Assembly (NCBI GenBank): GCA_965198175.1
Contig: OZ240245.1
Coordinates: forward strand, 2,144,001 to 2,208,000
DNA: 64,000 nucleotides
Direction of reading: 5' to 3'
Source: Candidatus Poribacteria bacterium
GTDB taxonomy: Bacteria; Poribacteria; WGA-4E; PCPOR2b
Shown here: one piece after another, positions 44,549 through 54,240 of the stretch
How positions within the stretch are numbered: the stretch's first letter is position 1
How the letters are laid out: each line of letters opens with the position of its first letter
The notes under the pieces: generated by a model
Database searches by the model: none
What the model saw: only the letters and a program-made list of their open reading frames with translations
What the model was told of the DNA's origin: nothing
Translations under genes and position numbers: made by a program

Positions 44549-45689
44549 TGCAGGACATCTCCTGCTCATCGCATTCTTGATTTGCACGGGAATCTGTGTT
44601 GCGCAGACGCCATTGATTCGCTTCGTTGACGAAGGGGGCAAATCTGTTGCTGAAGTGGAAGCGAGGATTCACAGTGGAAGCTTGTATCTACCGACTGGTG
44701 TCTTGCGAAGAACGTTTGACCCAGATTTGAAGCAACAATATACGTCCCTAACGCAGAAGCTTGTTCTGAACCTTAGGGGGAAACAGATTAATTTACGCAT
44801 CGGCAAATTATCGGCAACGACAGATGAAGACGATGGTACAATTATACTCTCCCAGCCCCCCCGAATCATTGAGGGGAAGCGAATGTTGCCGCTCGACTTT
44901 TTCACGAAACTCCTCCCTCAACTTTACAATGTTAAAGTTTTCTACAATTCTCCGCTACAGACAATACACATTACGGAAAAGTCGGCACACCTACCCAATT
45001 TTCCGCCTCCATCGTCGTCGAGGAAACACGAAGAATTCCTGTTTGTTCTCGATCCAGGGCATGGTGGGTCAGATTCAGGGTGCCGGGGAAACACCGGCAC
45101 ACTTGAAAAAGATGTAGTGCTCGACCTTGCCAAGCGGATTCAGAGACTCTGCCTGCAAAATAACATCCACGTCCAACTGACACGGGAAGCGGATGTTGAA
45201 CGAAGACCAATTGAGCGCGTTAAAATCGCAATCCAGAATCAAGGACAGCTCTTTTTAAGTCTGCACTGTAACGCGTCTTTCTCTCCAAATGCCCAGGGTA
45301 TTCACATCTATATCAACAATCCTATGGGGGAGTTGAGAGCTGACACTGTTACAAGGTCGTCCAATCAAACTTCAGGGCGCCGCGCTATCAAGGTGCTCGC
45401 ACAAGACGACTTTCTGCTGCAGAGCCGCGAGTTCGCAGCAATGCTCCAGGAACAGTTCGCGGCGACCATACCTTCTTCGGTCTCACTGATGGAAATGCCT
45501 CTCGTAACCCTTTCAGATGTCTACATGCCCGCAATCCTAATCGAGATTGGATACCTGTCCAATGCGGCTGATGAAGCTCGTCTTGTTGACGCTGAAAATC
45601 TAGCGTCTATGTCAATGGCGATATCCCTCGCGGTTCAGCGGTATATTACAGCGTTTAATCCGGAGAATGGAGCTGTGAAAGGTAAATGA
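44484..45689 (+). CDS. N-acetylmuramoyl-L-alanine amidase (Amidase_3) with N-terminal copper-amine-oxidase-N-like domain; start uncertain
   Basis: LDPGHGG, EKDVVL, SLHCNA, ILIEIGYL. Confidence 0.85.
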   Translation: MKQPLTNQNLSLGNAAKTRTNDAGHLLLIAFLICTGICVAQTPLIRFVDEGGKSVAEVEARIHSGSLYLPTGVLRRTFDPDLKQQYTSLTQKLVLNLRGKQINLRIGKLSATTDEDDGTIILSQPPRIIEGKRMLPLDFFTKLLPQLYNVKVFYNSPLQTIHITEKSAHLPNFPPPSSSRKHEEFLFVLDPGHGGSDSGCRGNTGTLEKDVVLDLAKRIQRLCLQNNIHVQLTREADVERRPIERVKIAIQNQGQLFLSLHCNASFSPNAQGIHIYINNPMGELRADTVTRSSNQTSGRRAIKVLAQDDFLLQSREFAAMLQEQFAATIPSSVSLMEMPLVTLSDVYMPAILIEIGYLSNAADEARLVDAENLASMSMAISLAVQRYITAFNPENGAVKGK

Positions 45690-45693
45690 TACC

Positions 45694-46314
45694 ATGGGTA
45701 GAAATCGAAAATCCAAGGTGATTAGGGGAATCGCAATTGGAACAGCAGTTATAATCGTTGCGGCTATTTCCGTTGTCATGTTGCGTCCTAGAGAACCAGA
45801 GCCGATACCGATGGTACCACAGATGCTTGTTCAAGAGCCTTCCGACTCTGAACTTCCCCTTCAGGACATAGATCTTTTTTTCTTCGACGTTGAATCCCTT
45901 AGACTTGTCCGTGAAAAAAGGGAGTTGCGTTTATCTCTCGAACGCCCAGATCGTCTGAAACAGATTATCCGTGCACTAATCAGCGGCTCTGACCATGGCT
46001 TGAAAAGTACGGTTCCCGGCGGCACATTTCTTTATGAAGCTTATGTTGATGCGCAATCTACTGCCTACCTAGATTTTTCCCGCCATTTGGCAGAGTCGCA
46101 CATCGGCGGCACTACAGCTGAGATAATTACCATAAAATCCATTTTGCAAACGGTTTACGCCAATTTTCCTGAGAAGATCCAAAGCGTGCAAATCCTCATT
46201 GAAGGACAAGAAGTGAATACAATCGCTGAGCACATTGATATTTCAAATCCCCTCGTCCTCACGCCCGATTTCCAGGTGCCAGTGGAAGAAAAGGAAGCGA
46301 AGCCTCCTAGATAA
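45694..46314 (+). CDS. GerMN-domain membrane-anchored protein
   Basis: N-terminal TM; AYLDFS...GGTTAE...VQILIEG...HIDIS. Confidence 0.8.
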   Translation: MGRNRKSKVIRGIAIGTAVIIVAAISVVMLRPREPEPIPMVPQMLVQEPSDSELPLQDIDLFFFDVESLRLVREKRELRLSLERPDRLKQIIRALISGSDHGLKSTVPGGTFLYEAYVDAQSTAYLDFSRHLAESHIGGTTAEIITIKSILQTVYANFPEKIQSVQILIEGQEVNTIAEHIDISNPLVLTPDFQVPVEEKEAKPPR

Positions 46315-46577
46315 CCTTGCATCAATGTCGTGGTGCCAGATGCCAATTCAACCGTTCGCATAAGGATCTCAAAACAGGTATATCCTCCCTCGCTCTCCCT
46401 TCGCAAGAGGGAGGACGTTTTCAGTTCCTTCTTAAGTAAGGACATCCCTTGTGGGTGCCCTCTTGGGGCAGCACTGACTGCAATCTTTTTTACGATTACG
46501 CGGTGCGGTAACCGACAGGCATGTTTTCGCCCCAAACGCCATCGCTGTTGGGTTGATTAAACGCTGTCGCCAAAAAG

Positions 46578-47171
46578 ATGTCACAGCGCATGAAGTTAAT
46601 CGTTGGGCTTGGGAATCCCGGTCCACACTACAAAAACACCAGGCACAATGTCGGGTTTCGAGTCATTGATGAACTGTTACAGCGGACCCAATCGACGCAG
46701 TTAGAAAATATCTGCCAATCTCTCGTAGCTCGAACTAATGTGCGGGGGAACGAGGTTATCCTTGCCAAACCGCTTACCTACATGAACAATAGCGGGCGCG
46801 CCGTAAGTGAGATGGTTCACCAATTTGACATCTCTTTGGAGCTTTTGTGTATCGTCTATGACGACCTCCATTTGGACATCGGTGTGCTGCGCATGCGTCG
46901 ATCCGGTAGTGATGGTGGACACAAGGGGATACAATCAATTCAGCATTTGCTGGACACACAAGCGTTTCCACTTCTACGTATCGGCATCGGCAAGCCGGAA
47001 ACTGGACACTGGATTGATTACGTTCTCAGTGAGTTTTCACCAGCAGAGAGTGAGGAAATTGATTATATGATTCAACGTGCTGCGGACGCAATTGAAACAT
47101 TGATTTCAGACGGTATCCATAGCGCGATGAATCAGTTTAACGGGCGTGCTGAACAATTGTCGATCGATTAA
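46578..47171 (+). CDS. pth: Peptidyl-tRNA hydrolase
   Basis: GLGNPG, TRHNVG, KPLTYMN, GGHKG, LRIGIG. Confidence 0.96.
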   Translation: MSQRMKLIVGLGNPGPHYKNTRHNVGFRVIDELLQRTQSTQLENICQSLVARTNVRGNEVILAKPLTYMNNSGRAVSEMVHQFDISLELLCIVYDDLHLDIGVLRMRRSGSDGGHKGIQSIQHLLDTQAFPLLRIGIGKPETGHWIDYVLSEFSPAESEEIDYMIQRAADAIETLISDGIHSAMNQFNGRAEQLSID

Positions 47172-47275
47172 GTGGACAACGTAGTTGGGTTCAACATCAA
47201 GCGACCGAATAGGGAGTCCGATAGAGTTCCCAATCCAACCCAACACCTCAATCCAACCGATCAAGTGTTGGGTTT

Positions 47276-47675
47276 TGACCTGCCCCCAAGAAACTGGACA
47301 GAGAGCTAAGCAGGATTTTATAATAGCTAAAGGTCCAGAAAGGGGCTATCATGGCGAAGACAAGACGTCAATTTACTCCCGAATTTAAGCTCGAATGTGT
47401 GTTCGATATTATCAGTGGACAGAAACACCCTGCCGAAATTTGCAATGAACATCAAATTAGCGATGCCTTATTGTCCAAATGGCGTCAACACTTCATGAAT
47501 AACGCTGCAACGCTCTTTGTCGCTGAACAGAATCGCAAGAGTGCCTCCAACGCACGCATCGCTGAACTGGAGCGTCTAGTTAGACAATTGACATTGGAAC
47601 TGTCTGCCTCAAAAAAAAGTATTGAGTTACTTCGACTCTCGGTAAAGCAAAAACGGGAATTGGTGGAACGAGGAA
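47276..47675 (+). mobile_element. Truncated IS3-family element (left end plus orfA, slippery site; orfB lost)
   Basis: TGACCTGCCCC...CTGGACA end; orfA RRQFTPEFK...IAELERLV; A8G run near 47630; inserted next to REP-like sequence 47181-47275. Confidence 0.8.
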
Positions 47676-47681
47676 GTTCTT

Positions 47682-47804
47682 GTAGGTTGGGTTGAACGTA
47701 GTGAACCCCAACGCTTTTCTGTCGTCCAGAGGTTTCGAAAGCGTTGGGGTTCGGGAAAAACTATCGCCTTCGCTATCCGCTCAGTCGATCTCAACGAAAC
47801 CTAC
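47682..47804. repeat. REP/REPIN-like element, cassette 1
   Basis: GTAGGTTGGGTTGAACGTAGTGAA.CCCAAC...CCTAC; near-identical to 50206-50328. Confidence 0.8.
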
Positions 47805-47938
47805 AAGAGCTTATAATTGGTGAAGCCCTCAAGCGTGCCAATGGAAACCAGACGATTGCAGCTCAACTCTTGGGCATGTCGAGAAATGCGCTGAACAAGT
47901 GTTTAAGCCGTTCCCGAACGTCATCGGACGATATCTGA
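47801..47938 (+). pseudogene. C-terminal Fis-type HTH stub of a sigma54 enhancer-binding protein
   Basis: EALKRANGNQTIAAQLLGMSRNALNK; no AAA+ domain upstream. Confidence 0.75.
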
Positions 47939-48008
47939 AACGGTGTTTGTTTTTCTCAATCTCTTCGCTTTCTACACTATATTCTTACCGTTTTGCCTTC
48001 CACCGCCC

Positions 48009-48139
48009 GAAAGGGGTGTGCCATTTGGCGCTATTGCACACATTTGGCGCACATTGCCCAAATCCTTGCCTAGCAAGGCTTCGCTCGCTTCTCGACCCCA
48101 ATTTTCCCGAATTCTGTCAACAAATGTCACACCCCTTTC
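48009..48139. promoter_or_regulatory. Long inverted repeat (candidate upstream activator sites), cassette 1
   Basis: GAAAGGGGTGTGCCATTTG ... CAAATGTCACACCCCTTTC (18/19 complementary). Confidence 0.55.
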
Positions 48140-48257
48140 CATACCCCATCAAAGCGATCCATGCCCAGACCGAAAAACAATTAAACTGCCCGTATCCCTT
48201 GACACATCAGGGTTTCCGAGGCCAAACAGAATCCAAATTGAAGGGGATAATCAATCT

Positions 48258-48273
48258 TGGCACACAATTTGCT
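48258..48273 (+). promoter_or_regulatory. sigma54 promoter, cassette 1
   Basis: TGGCACACAATTTGCT. Confidence 0.8.
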
Positions 48274-48512
48274 CATTAAGGTAGCCATATGTAACACCTT
48301 GAACTGCGGAACGGTCCGCAAACGATGCCTTTGAGGGCAAAGAGCAGACGATAGTAACCACTTCAGAGGCATAGAGATTGGCTTGGCTATGCTTTCGGTT
48401 TTTCTGGTGTTGTTGGTTATATAATCCTAGCTGTTAATGGCTGGATCACAGTCAGATTGCGAATGAAACTGTAATGCCATCGGAAATTTAACCACTAAGG
48501 GAGGAATTTCAA

Positions 48513-49373
48513 ATGAAAACCGCATTGTTGATTCTTACGTTGGCGTCTTTGTACTTAACCGTGTTCATTCAAAATGTGGAATCACACATTAAAAACCCTG
48601 AAATCAACGCTAAAGCGAAAGTGTACATTCAAGCAATTGGTAATTCTGAAGTTGTTGATTTCATAGCAAAATCGAGTTGCACATTTCGTATCGGTGCCCA
48701 TGCTGGTGGTGCTAATGATAACCATTTGCATAAGGCAAATTGGTTTGCACAAGTCTATATCCACGATCCGGGTGGAAACCCAGACCCCAATGGTCTTTAC
48801 GCCGTTAAAAATCCAACCGAAGACATATAGGGCAGTGGATTCTGGAGACCCGATTCAAGTCCGTTAAGTGTTGGGAAAACATTAGCGTTAAATGAATGTG
48901 CTGAAGGTGATGCCATTTCATCTGGACGCCTATGGACACCCAATCAGGGGGACGATGTATATGGTCGTGATGAGGACGGCGATAATCATCTCTCATTCTG
49001 TATCTGGGGTACAGGTGCAGCTCCAGGGTTGTTTGGAGCTCAAATTCAAGAACTTGACTTTGACGAGTTAGGTGAAGTCTTACGTGATTTAATTGAAACC
49101 GCACGTTTGATTGACCCTAACATAGATGCTGCCGTTTACTTCGGTGGGCATATCCAAACATTAGTGTTTGACGAAAATACAGTTTATGTCTATGAGTCAT
49201 ATTCGCTAGGCGTTCCTGAATTGGTGGAAGAAAACTTGAGGGATAACTTGAGAGCTACTGCCAATATCGTGGAACTAGATCCTTTGGACGGTGTAGAATA
49301 CCATATACCAGTAGCCCCAGCTAAGTATCGGCGAAAATTGACTACTACATGGGCAGACATGAAACAGAAGTAG
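48513..49373 (+). pseudogene. Secreted His1 protein A, interrupted by one in-frame TAG (48828-48830)
   Basis: ORFs 48513 and 49029 are in frame; the intervening sequence is open and homologous to protein C; signal peptide VES|H; tail KLTTTWADMK. Confidence 0.75.
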
Positions 49374-49438
49374 CTAACAAATGAAGGCTACTGTGATCCA
49401 GTAGCCTTCTAACTTCCTTGCATAAAAGGAGGATAATA

Positions 49439-49960
49439 ATGAAAGTATTACTGTTGCTATTGGTAATCGTATTGGCTTGTGGTGAAAATGAAGATACTGA
49501 CAAGGAACTTATTAACACTGTAATCGTTCCCGGACTGGAAGCTGTAGGCATTAAGCTAGGCGATGATTTAGATAGAGTTATGGAACTATATGGCGAACCA
49601 CGCTTAGACTTTAGACCTGAATGGTATAATTCATACCAATCGAACCGTTGGAATATAGCCTACGATTGGAGTGATTTAGGCGTAACTGTTTATTTTGACA
49701 ATAATGATAGAGCTGTTGAAATAGGAGTACGAAATCCAGAAGCACGAACAATAAGGGGTCTTGGCGTAGGTAGTACGTGGGACGAAGTACATGAAGTATA
49801 CGGTAATGAATCAAATGTTGATTCAGGTCAAGGTGGGGTTATTACTTTTGGCGATGGTGGTGCAAAGTACTCAGATGCTTATACTTCTAGGGGTGTAGAA
49901 TTTAGATATAAAATCAAGCCGTTCATAGTGGTACAGGTTGTTGTCTTTGATAGGGAATAA
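49439..49960 (+). CDS. Lipoprotein partner A
   Basis: AGGAGG RBS; VLAC|GENE lipobox; internal repeat IKLGD....V...YG / LGVGS....V...YG. Confidence 0.8.
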   Translation: MKVLLLLLVIVLACGENEDTDKELINTVIVPGLEAVGIKLGDDLDRVMELYGEPRLDFRPEWYNSYQSNRWNIAYDWSDLGVTVYFDNNDRAVEIGVRNPEARTIRGLGVGSTWDEVHEVYGNESNVDSGQGGVITFGDGGAKYSDAYTSRGVEFRYKIKPFIVVQVVVFDRE

Positions 49961-49983
49961 GGTAAGCATTTGTTGGAAGGTTG

Positions 49984-50010
49984 GGGGCAGTTCACGCTGC
50001 CCCTTTTTTT
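49984..50010 (+). terminator. Intrinsic terminator ending cassette 1
   Basis: GGGGCAG-N6-CTGCCCC-T7. Confidence 0.75.
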
Positions 50011-50205
50011 ATCCTATCATTCCATCTATATTTACTACTACAATTCCACCTATTCTAACTTCTACTATGCCTTCAGGTAGATTTAATCGCTGAAGGTTTA
50101 TATTCCATTTAGTTCCACTACCATTCGCTATCAAGTTGTTTACTGAAACCTGGTTCACCGAAGCATCAAGATTTATCACTACCACAGCATTAGGCGGTAG
50201 TTCTT

Positions 50206-50328
50206 GTAGGTTGGGTTGAACGTAGTGAAACCCAACGCTTTTCTGTCGTCCAGAGGTTTCGAAAGCGTTGGGTTTCGGGAAAAACTATCGCCTTCGCTAT
50301 CCGCTCAGTTGATCTCAACCCAACCTAC
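50206..50328. repeat. REP/REPIN-like element, cassette 2
   Basis: Near-identical to 47682-47804. Confidence 0.8.
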
Positions 50329-50462
50329 AAGAGCTTATAATTGCTGAAGCCCTCAAGCGTGCCAATGGAAACCAGACGATTGCCGCAGGACTTTTGGGCA
50401 TGACAAGACAAGCGCTGCATAACCGTCTAGCCCGCACACGAACATCGTCGGACGATGTGTGA
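50325..50462 (+). pseudogene. Second Fis-type HTH stub
   Basis: Manual translation LQELIIAEALKRANGNQTIAAGLLGMTRQALHNRLARTRTSSDDV*. Confidence 0.72.
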
Positions 50463-50654
50463 AGAGTCGTTTGCCTTTTCCAACCTCTCTTTCCAATCTG
50501 TTCAACCCTCTTCTCTCACCTACAACCCCCCGTTGCCTACCCCATCAAAGCGCTGCCATCCCAGACTGAAAAAAAAAATAAACTGCCCGTATCCCTTAGC
50601 ACATAAGCGTTTCAAAGCACATGCCGAGTCCAAATTGAAAGGGATTATTGGTTT

Positions 50655-50670
50655 TGGCATATATTTTGCC
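50655..50670 (+). promoter_or_regulatory. sigma54 promoter, cassette 2
   Basis: TGGCATATATTTTGCC in the same conserved context (AAATTGAA.GGGAT). Confidence 0.75.
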
Positions 50671-50754
50671 CTATATTCCTACCGAAGTACCTGATTCAGT
50701 TTCGATAACTTGGTTTCCATGCAAACACCGAACAACAATAAGGAGGATTTACCA

Positions 50755-51534
50755 ATGAAACGGACCACGGTTTTCACCATGCTACTTTTATCTGTCTTGG
50801 TTCTTCTTGTTGATACATCAATTGCTCACATCACTGTGGCAGATGACACCGCGGTAATACCTTATGCACGAGTTTCCCGTGTTGAGCAAGGTGACGAGAT
50901 AAAAATTCAAACCGCTACTAGCGTTTCTGTGAAAACAGGTCCTCACGGGGCTTCTGAACAGCACGAGCATGCCTATTTGATCGTTGAACATCAAGTTATT
51001 ACAGATGCTGACGACTCAAGCATTGTTCACCTGTTCCAATATTGGATGAAAGGTGGCACATTCGTAGGTTCGGGGCAGAAATCGGAGGGCAGGCCCCGCA
51101 GAAGGACGGTAACCGACGGTGCTAAATGGGGTCTAGCGTGGGCATCCGGCGAGGTAAGTTCGGTCTATCAAATGGCAAGCCATACCGGCGTAGCTCATCC
51201 TAATAATCAAGCCATGGTAAACAACGGCATACCAGAGGAGGTGGGCGTGGTTAGTGGACTAATCCCACTTCAGCCAATTGCACCTGATTCTTCGTCGCGT
51301 GCTGCGATTGAACAAGAACTCGCAGACGCTCTCGCAGCAAACTCAGATGCGTCAGTGGCTGTGAACTATAACGGTAGAATCTACACGTTTGGTGAAGATG
51401 AGGAGCCTGTGTTTGACGGGACAGGTGCCTTATCTACAGTCACCGAGTCAGTAGCGTTACCCGCAGCACCTCCGAGGCCCGAACCGCGCATTGGAACACT
51501 AACTACGACATGGGCATCAATGAAAAATGGATAA
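50755..51534 (+). CDS. Secreted His1 protein B (intact)
   Basis: AGGAGG RBS; signal peptide SIA|H; GPHGASEQHEH; tail LTTTWASMKNG. Confidence 0.8.
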   Translation: MKRTTVFTMLLLSVLVLLVDTSIAHITVADDTAVIPYARVSRVEQGDEIKIQTATSVSVKTGPHGASEQHEHAYLIVEHQVITDADDSSIVHLFQYWMKGGTFVGSGQKSEGRPRRRTVTDGAKWGLAWASGEVSSVYQMASHTGVAHPNNQAMVNNGIPEEVGVVSGLIPLQPIAPDSSSRAAIEQELADALAANSDASVAVNYNGRIYTFGEDEEPVFDGTGALSTVTESVALPAAPPRPEPRIGTLTTTWASMKNG

Positions 51535-51605
51535 ACTTCAATTATGATGGGGAACGTCTAATGAGTTAGATGTTCCCCATTTCCTACTAACAAGGAGGAT
51601 TTGTC

Positions 51606-52408
51606 ATGACACGCATATTGATTCTCACCGCAATTTTAGTGATGTGCTTGGCTTGCAGCGAAACCGAAACACCCTTAAATCCACATAGGTCTATTGAGCA
51701 TCAGCCGCCTGATCCTGATGTCATTGTTGAGCCGGTAGGCGAACGTGTTTTACTAGAAGCGCCCCCAGACATACCCCATGGTCTTGCTGCATCATTTGCC
51801 CATATACGGGGCGAACTAAAAGAGGAGATATATCAAGACTTGCTCAGGCAGGTAGATAGATACTGTCAAGGAGCGCTCAGGAGAAATACACTCCTGATAT
51901 ACTTAAAAAAAAGGTTGCCACCTCAGGTTTTTCCGGGCTTAAACCTACATGCCCATAGGCTTACCCGAATTCCTGCTGCAACTCGCGCAGACAAAGATCG
52001 AATCAGAGTCGCGGCTCAACTTGTAAACCCAAATATGCGTGGGCTTTCCTTTACTCAAGGAAACGTATACTATTACTTTAACGCAAATACCATATTTATT
52101 TCCACTCGACTCGACGGCTATGATATGATGGGGCATTTTACGGATGATGATGATAGGGCATCAAATTTTTATAACCGAATTGAAAAACTCACAAAACGCT
52201 TGCCCCCGGTAAACCAGTTGTTATCCCAGAAATTCCAGAAGATTTAGAACTGGACATCATCATTTTGGACGAAAATGGGTTTCCCAAAAACCCCAAATAC
52301 AGAGGCTGGGTGGATGATTTCGATGATGCGCCTCGAGCTACCGATGAACAAATTGCGGAATACAACCGCATACACAGCCCCAACGCCTATGACTGCGTGG
52401 AAGAATAA
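51606..52408 (+). pseudogene. Lipoprotein partner B, frameshifted between about 52184 and 52245
   Basis: CLAC lipobox; alternative frame ends DDAPRATDEQIAEYNRIHSPNAYDCVEE*, matching the end of 56053-56859. Confidence 0.75.
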
Positions 52409-52599
52409 AGGGGTGAGTAGTGAGGAAGGTAGCGATTCTTGCTGTGTGCGGGTTTCTTAGGGGTTGTGCTGGTAACGAGACTCATCTCAATCCTCTCACC
52501 AAAGGGGGGCAACATTTATGTCTTTACCTTTCATTCCACTTTGAACACTACTTCCCCAGACTAAAAAAATTCAAACTGTCTGCACACCTCGATACACTA

Positions 52600-53122
52600 G
52601 GTTCTGTTGACATTTCAACGGGGCCAGATAAGCGTGGCGACAAAACTCAGAAATCCGAAATAACGGGCAGCCAGCTTCTCGAAACGAGAGAAGATACGAC
52701 GATACCGTTTTATCTTGTTGATAAAATATTCAACTAGGTGTGTTTCTTTGTATAAATGTGGGTCGTATGTTCTTTGAGTATCACGATTACGTCGAGGCTG
52801 TATCACTGCAATTGCACCATTCGTTTCAATAACGTTGATAAAACTGTCCGAATCGTATCCCTTGTCTCCAATTACATGCTCGCTGTTATAGCCAACTATC
52901 AACGCTTCGGCTTCAGCTATGTCGTGTCTCTGACCGGGGGTTAGCTGGAGTCTAAGCGGATTACCCAGTGCGTCAACTGTGATATGAATTTTTGTGCTAA
53001 AGCCGCCCCGAGAGCGGCCTAGTGCTTGGTTGTCGGTACGTCCGTTTTTTTTGAGGTTCCAGCCGCACATGGGTGAGCCCGGCAAATGGTAGTGTCAATA
53101 ATAAGCCACTCCATATCTGGGT
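52600..53122 (-). mobile_element. Truncated IS5-family (IS427-like) element
   Basis: GRSRGGFSTKIH, GDKGYDSD, RRIFSRFEK; orfA end IDTTICRAH plus A-run frameshift; TA|GGTTCTGTTGACA end. Confidence 0.85.
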
Positions 53123-53182
53123 CAGAGGCAATCGGTGCGTCTGTGAGAAGATTCCTTTGTCACACCAGCAGCCAAACCGCTT

Positions 53183-53258
53183 GTAGTTCTTCTAGGTTGG
53201 GTTGAGATTAACGGTGCGAAAAGCGAAGGCGATAGTTTTCTCCTAAACCCAACGCTTC
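53183..53258. repeat. Partial REP-like element (inverted orientation)
   Basis: CTAGGTTGGGTTGAGAT...GCGAAGGCGATAGTTTT...AAACCCAACGC is the reverse complement of the right part of 50206-50328. Confidence 0.7.
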
Positions 53259-53459
53259 TAAAGCGAGTCCAACAATTTGCAAATTCCATACCCCATACGT
53301 TCAACGCTCCTCACTTTCCTATCACCAACGGACGTTCTGATTGCTATCGGTTTGATTGCTTTAACACACCTTGCATTTCATTCAAAAGCCCCTAACGACT
53401 TATTCTGAAATTATTTGAGCGACACCGGGTTCGATTTCTCCTACCACAACTCCTCTCAC

Positions 53460-53592
53460 CAAAGGGGTGACACATTTGTGTCATGTGTACACATTTGTTT
53501 ACAACCCCTGAAACCCTTGATGTGGTAAGGGTTCCCGCGATTTTCAATCGTAATTTCCCGAATTTTTGTAAACATAATGTGTCACCCCTTTG
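53460..53592. promoter_or_regulatory. Long inverted repeat (candidate upstream activator sites), cassette 3
   Basis: CAAAGGGGTGACACATT ... AATGTGTCACCCCTTTG (17/17). Confidence 0.6.
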
Positions 53593-53711
53593 CCTACCCC
53601 GTCAAAGCGCTGCCGTCCCAGACTGAAAGAAATTTATAACTGCCCGTATCCCTTGACACATCAGGGTTTCCGAGTCCGAGCTGTTTCTAAATTGAAGGGG
53701 ATTATTCGTCT

Positions 53712-53727
53712 TGGCACATAACTTGCC
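53712..53727 (+). promoter_or_regulatory. sigma54 promoter, cassette 3a
   Basis: TGGCACATAACTTGCC. Confidence 0.75.
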
Positions 53728-53825
53728 CATAACCATAGACAATACCTCAAGCTGCAGAACGGTCTGCAGTAACCACATAAATTTCTCTCAAGCAAGCATT
53801 GACAGAGGTAGGAAGGTGATAACCA

Positions 53826-54156
53826 TGTTTACGAGAAAACAGAAACGTTGATGGGTGGCGCAGTTTTGTTTGCCGTGTTACTGGTTGCGGGTAGTTATTT
53901 CGGAAGCCGCTGGCGCTATGGCCCCTATGTTGAGCCTGTACGAGAACACCTGTTGTCGGACAAACCGCGCTCCGTAAGCATAAACCGCCCTGTCCACGCT
54001 TCTGTTTCTCAAGATATCTTATGGGTGTCAGAAACAGATTTGATGTCCGAAGAGGAAGAGGTGCACGAAACAGTGCGAGAGTTCGTTCAAACTGCACCGT
54101 TTGGTGCAAAGACCAACTCAACAGATCAAGAATTTCAAACTGTTCGCGTGCCTTGA
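53826..54156 (+). pseudogene. Small membrane-anchored protein, probably frameshifted after its start or a fragment
   Basis: RBS and ATG at 53826 are out of frame with the TM-containing ORF 53848-54156. Confidence 0.4.
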
Positions 54157-54199
54157 TACACCAGGCTTACCTGGTCAAAAATTGAAGTAGATTATCTAT

Positions 54200-54215
54200 T
54201 GGCATACAATTTGCC
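54200..54215 (+). promoter_or_regulatory. sigma54 promoter, cassette 3b
   Basis: TGGCATACAATTTGCC preceded by AAATTGAAG..GAT. Confidence 0.72.
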
Positions 54216-54240
54216 ACAAATAAGAATGGAGGATTTCACA

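Noticed and set aside
47744..47938. 64-aa ORF as a functional stand-alone Fis protein
   Set aside because: Its start lies inside the REP, and the second copy has a stop in the equivalent REP-derived part
19510..48830. In-frame stops (dnaE2, protein A) as genetic-code reassignment
   Set aside because: The stops are of mixed types, TAA/TAG terminate normal genes here, and they co-occur with frameshifts and deletions typical of decay
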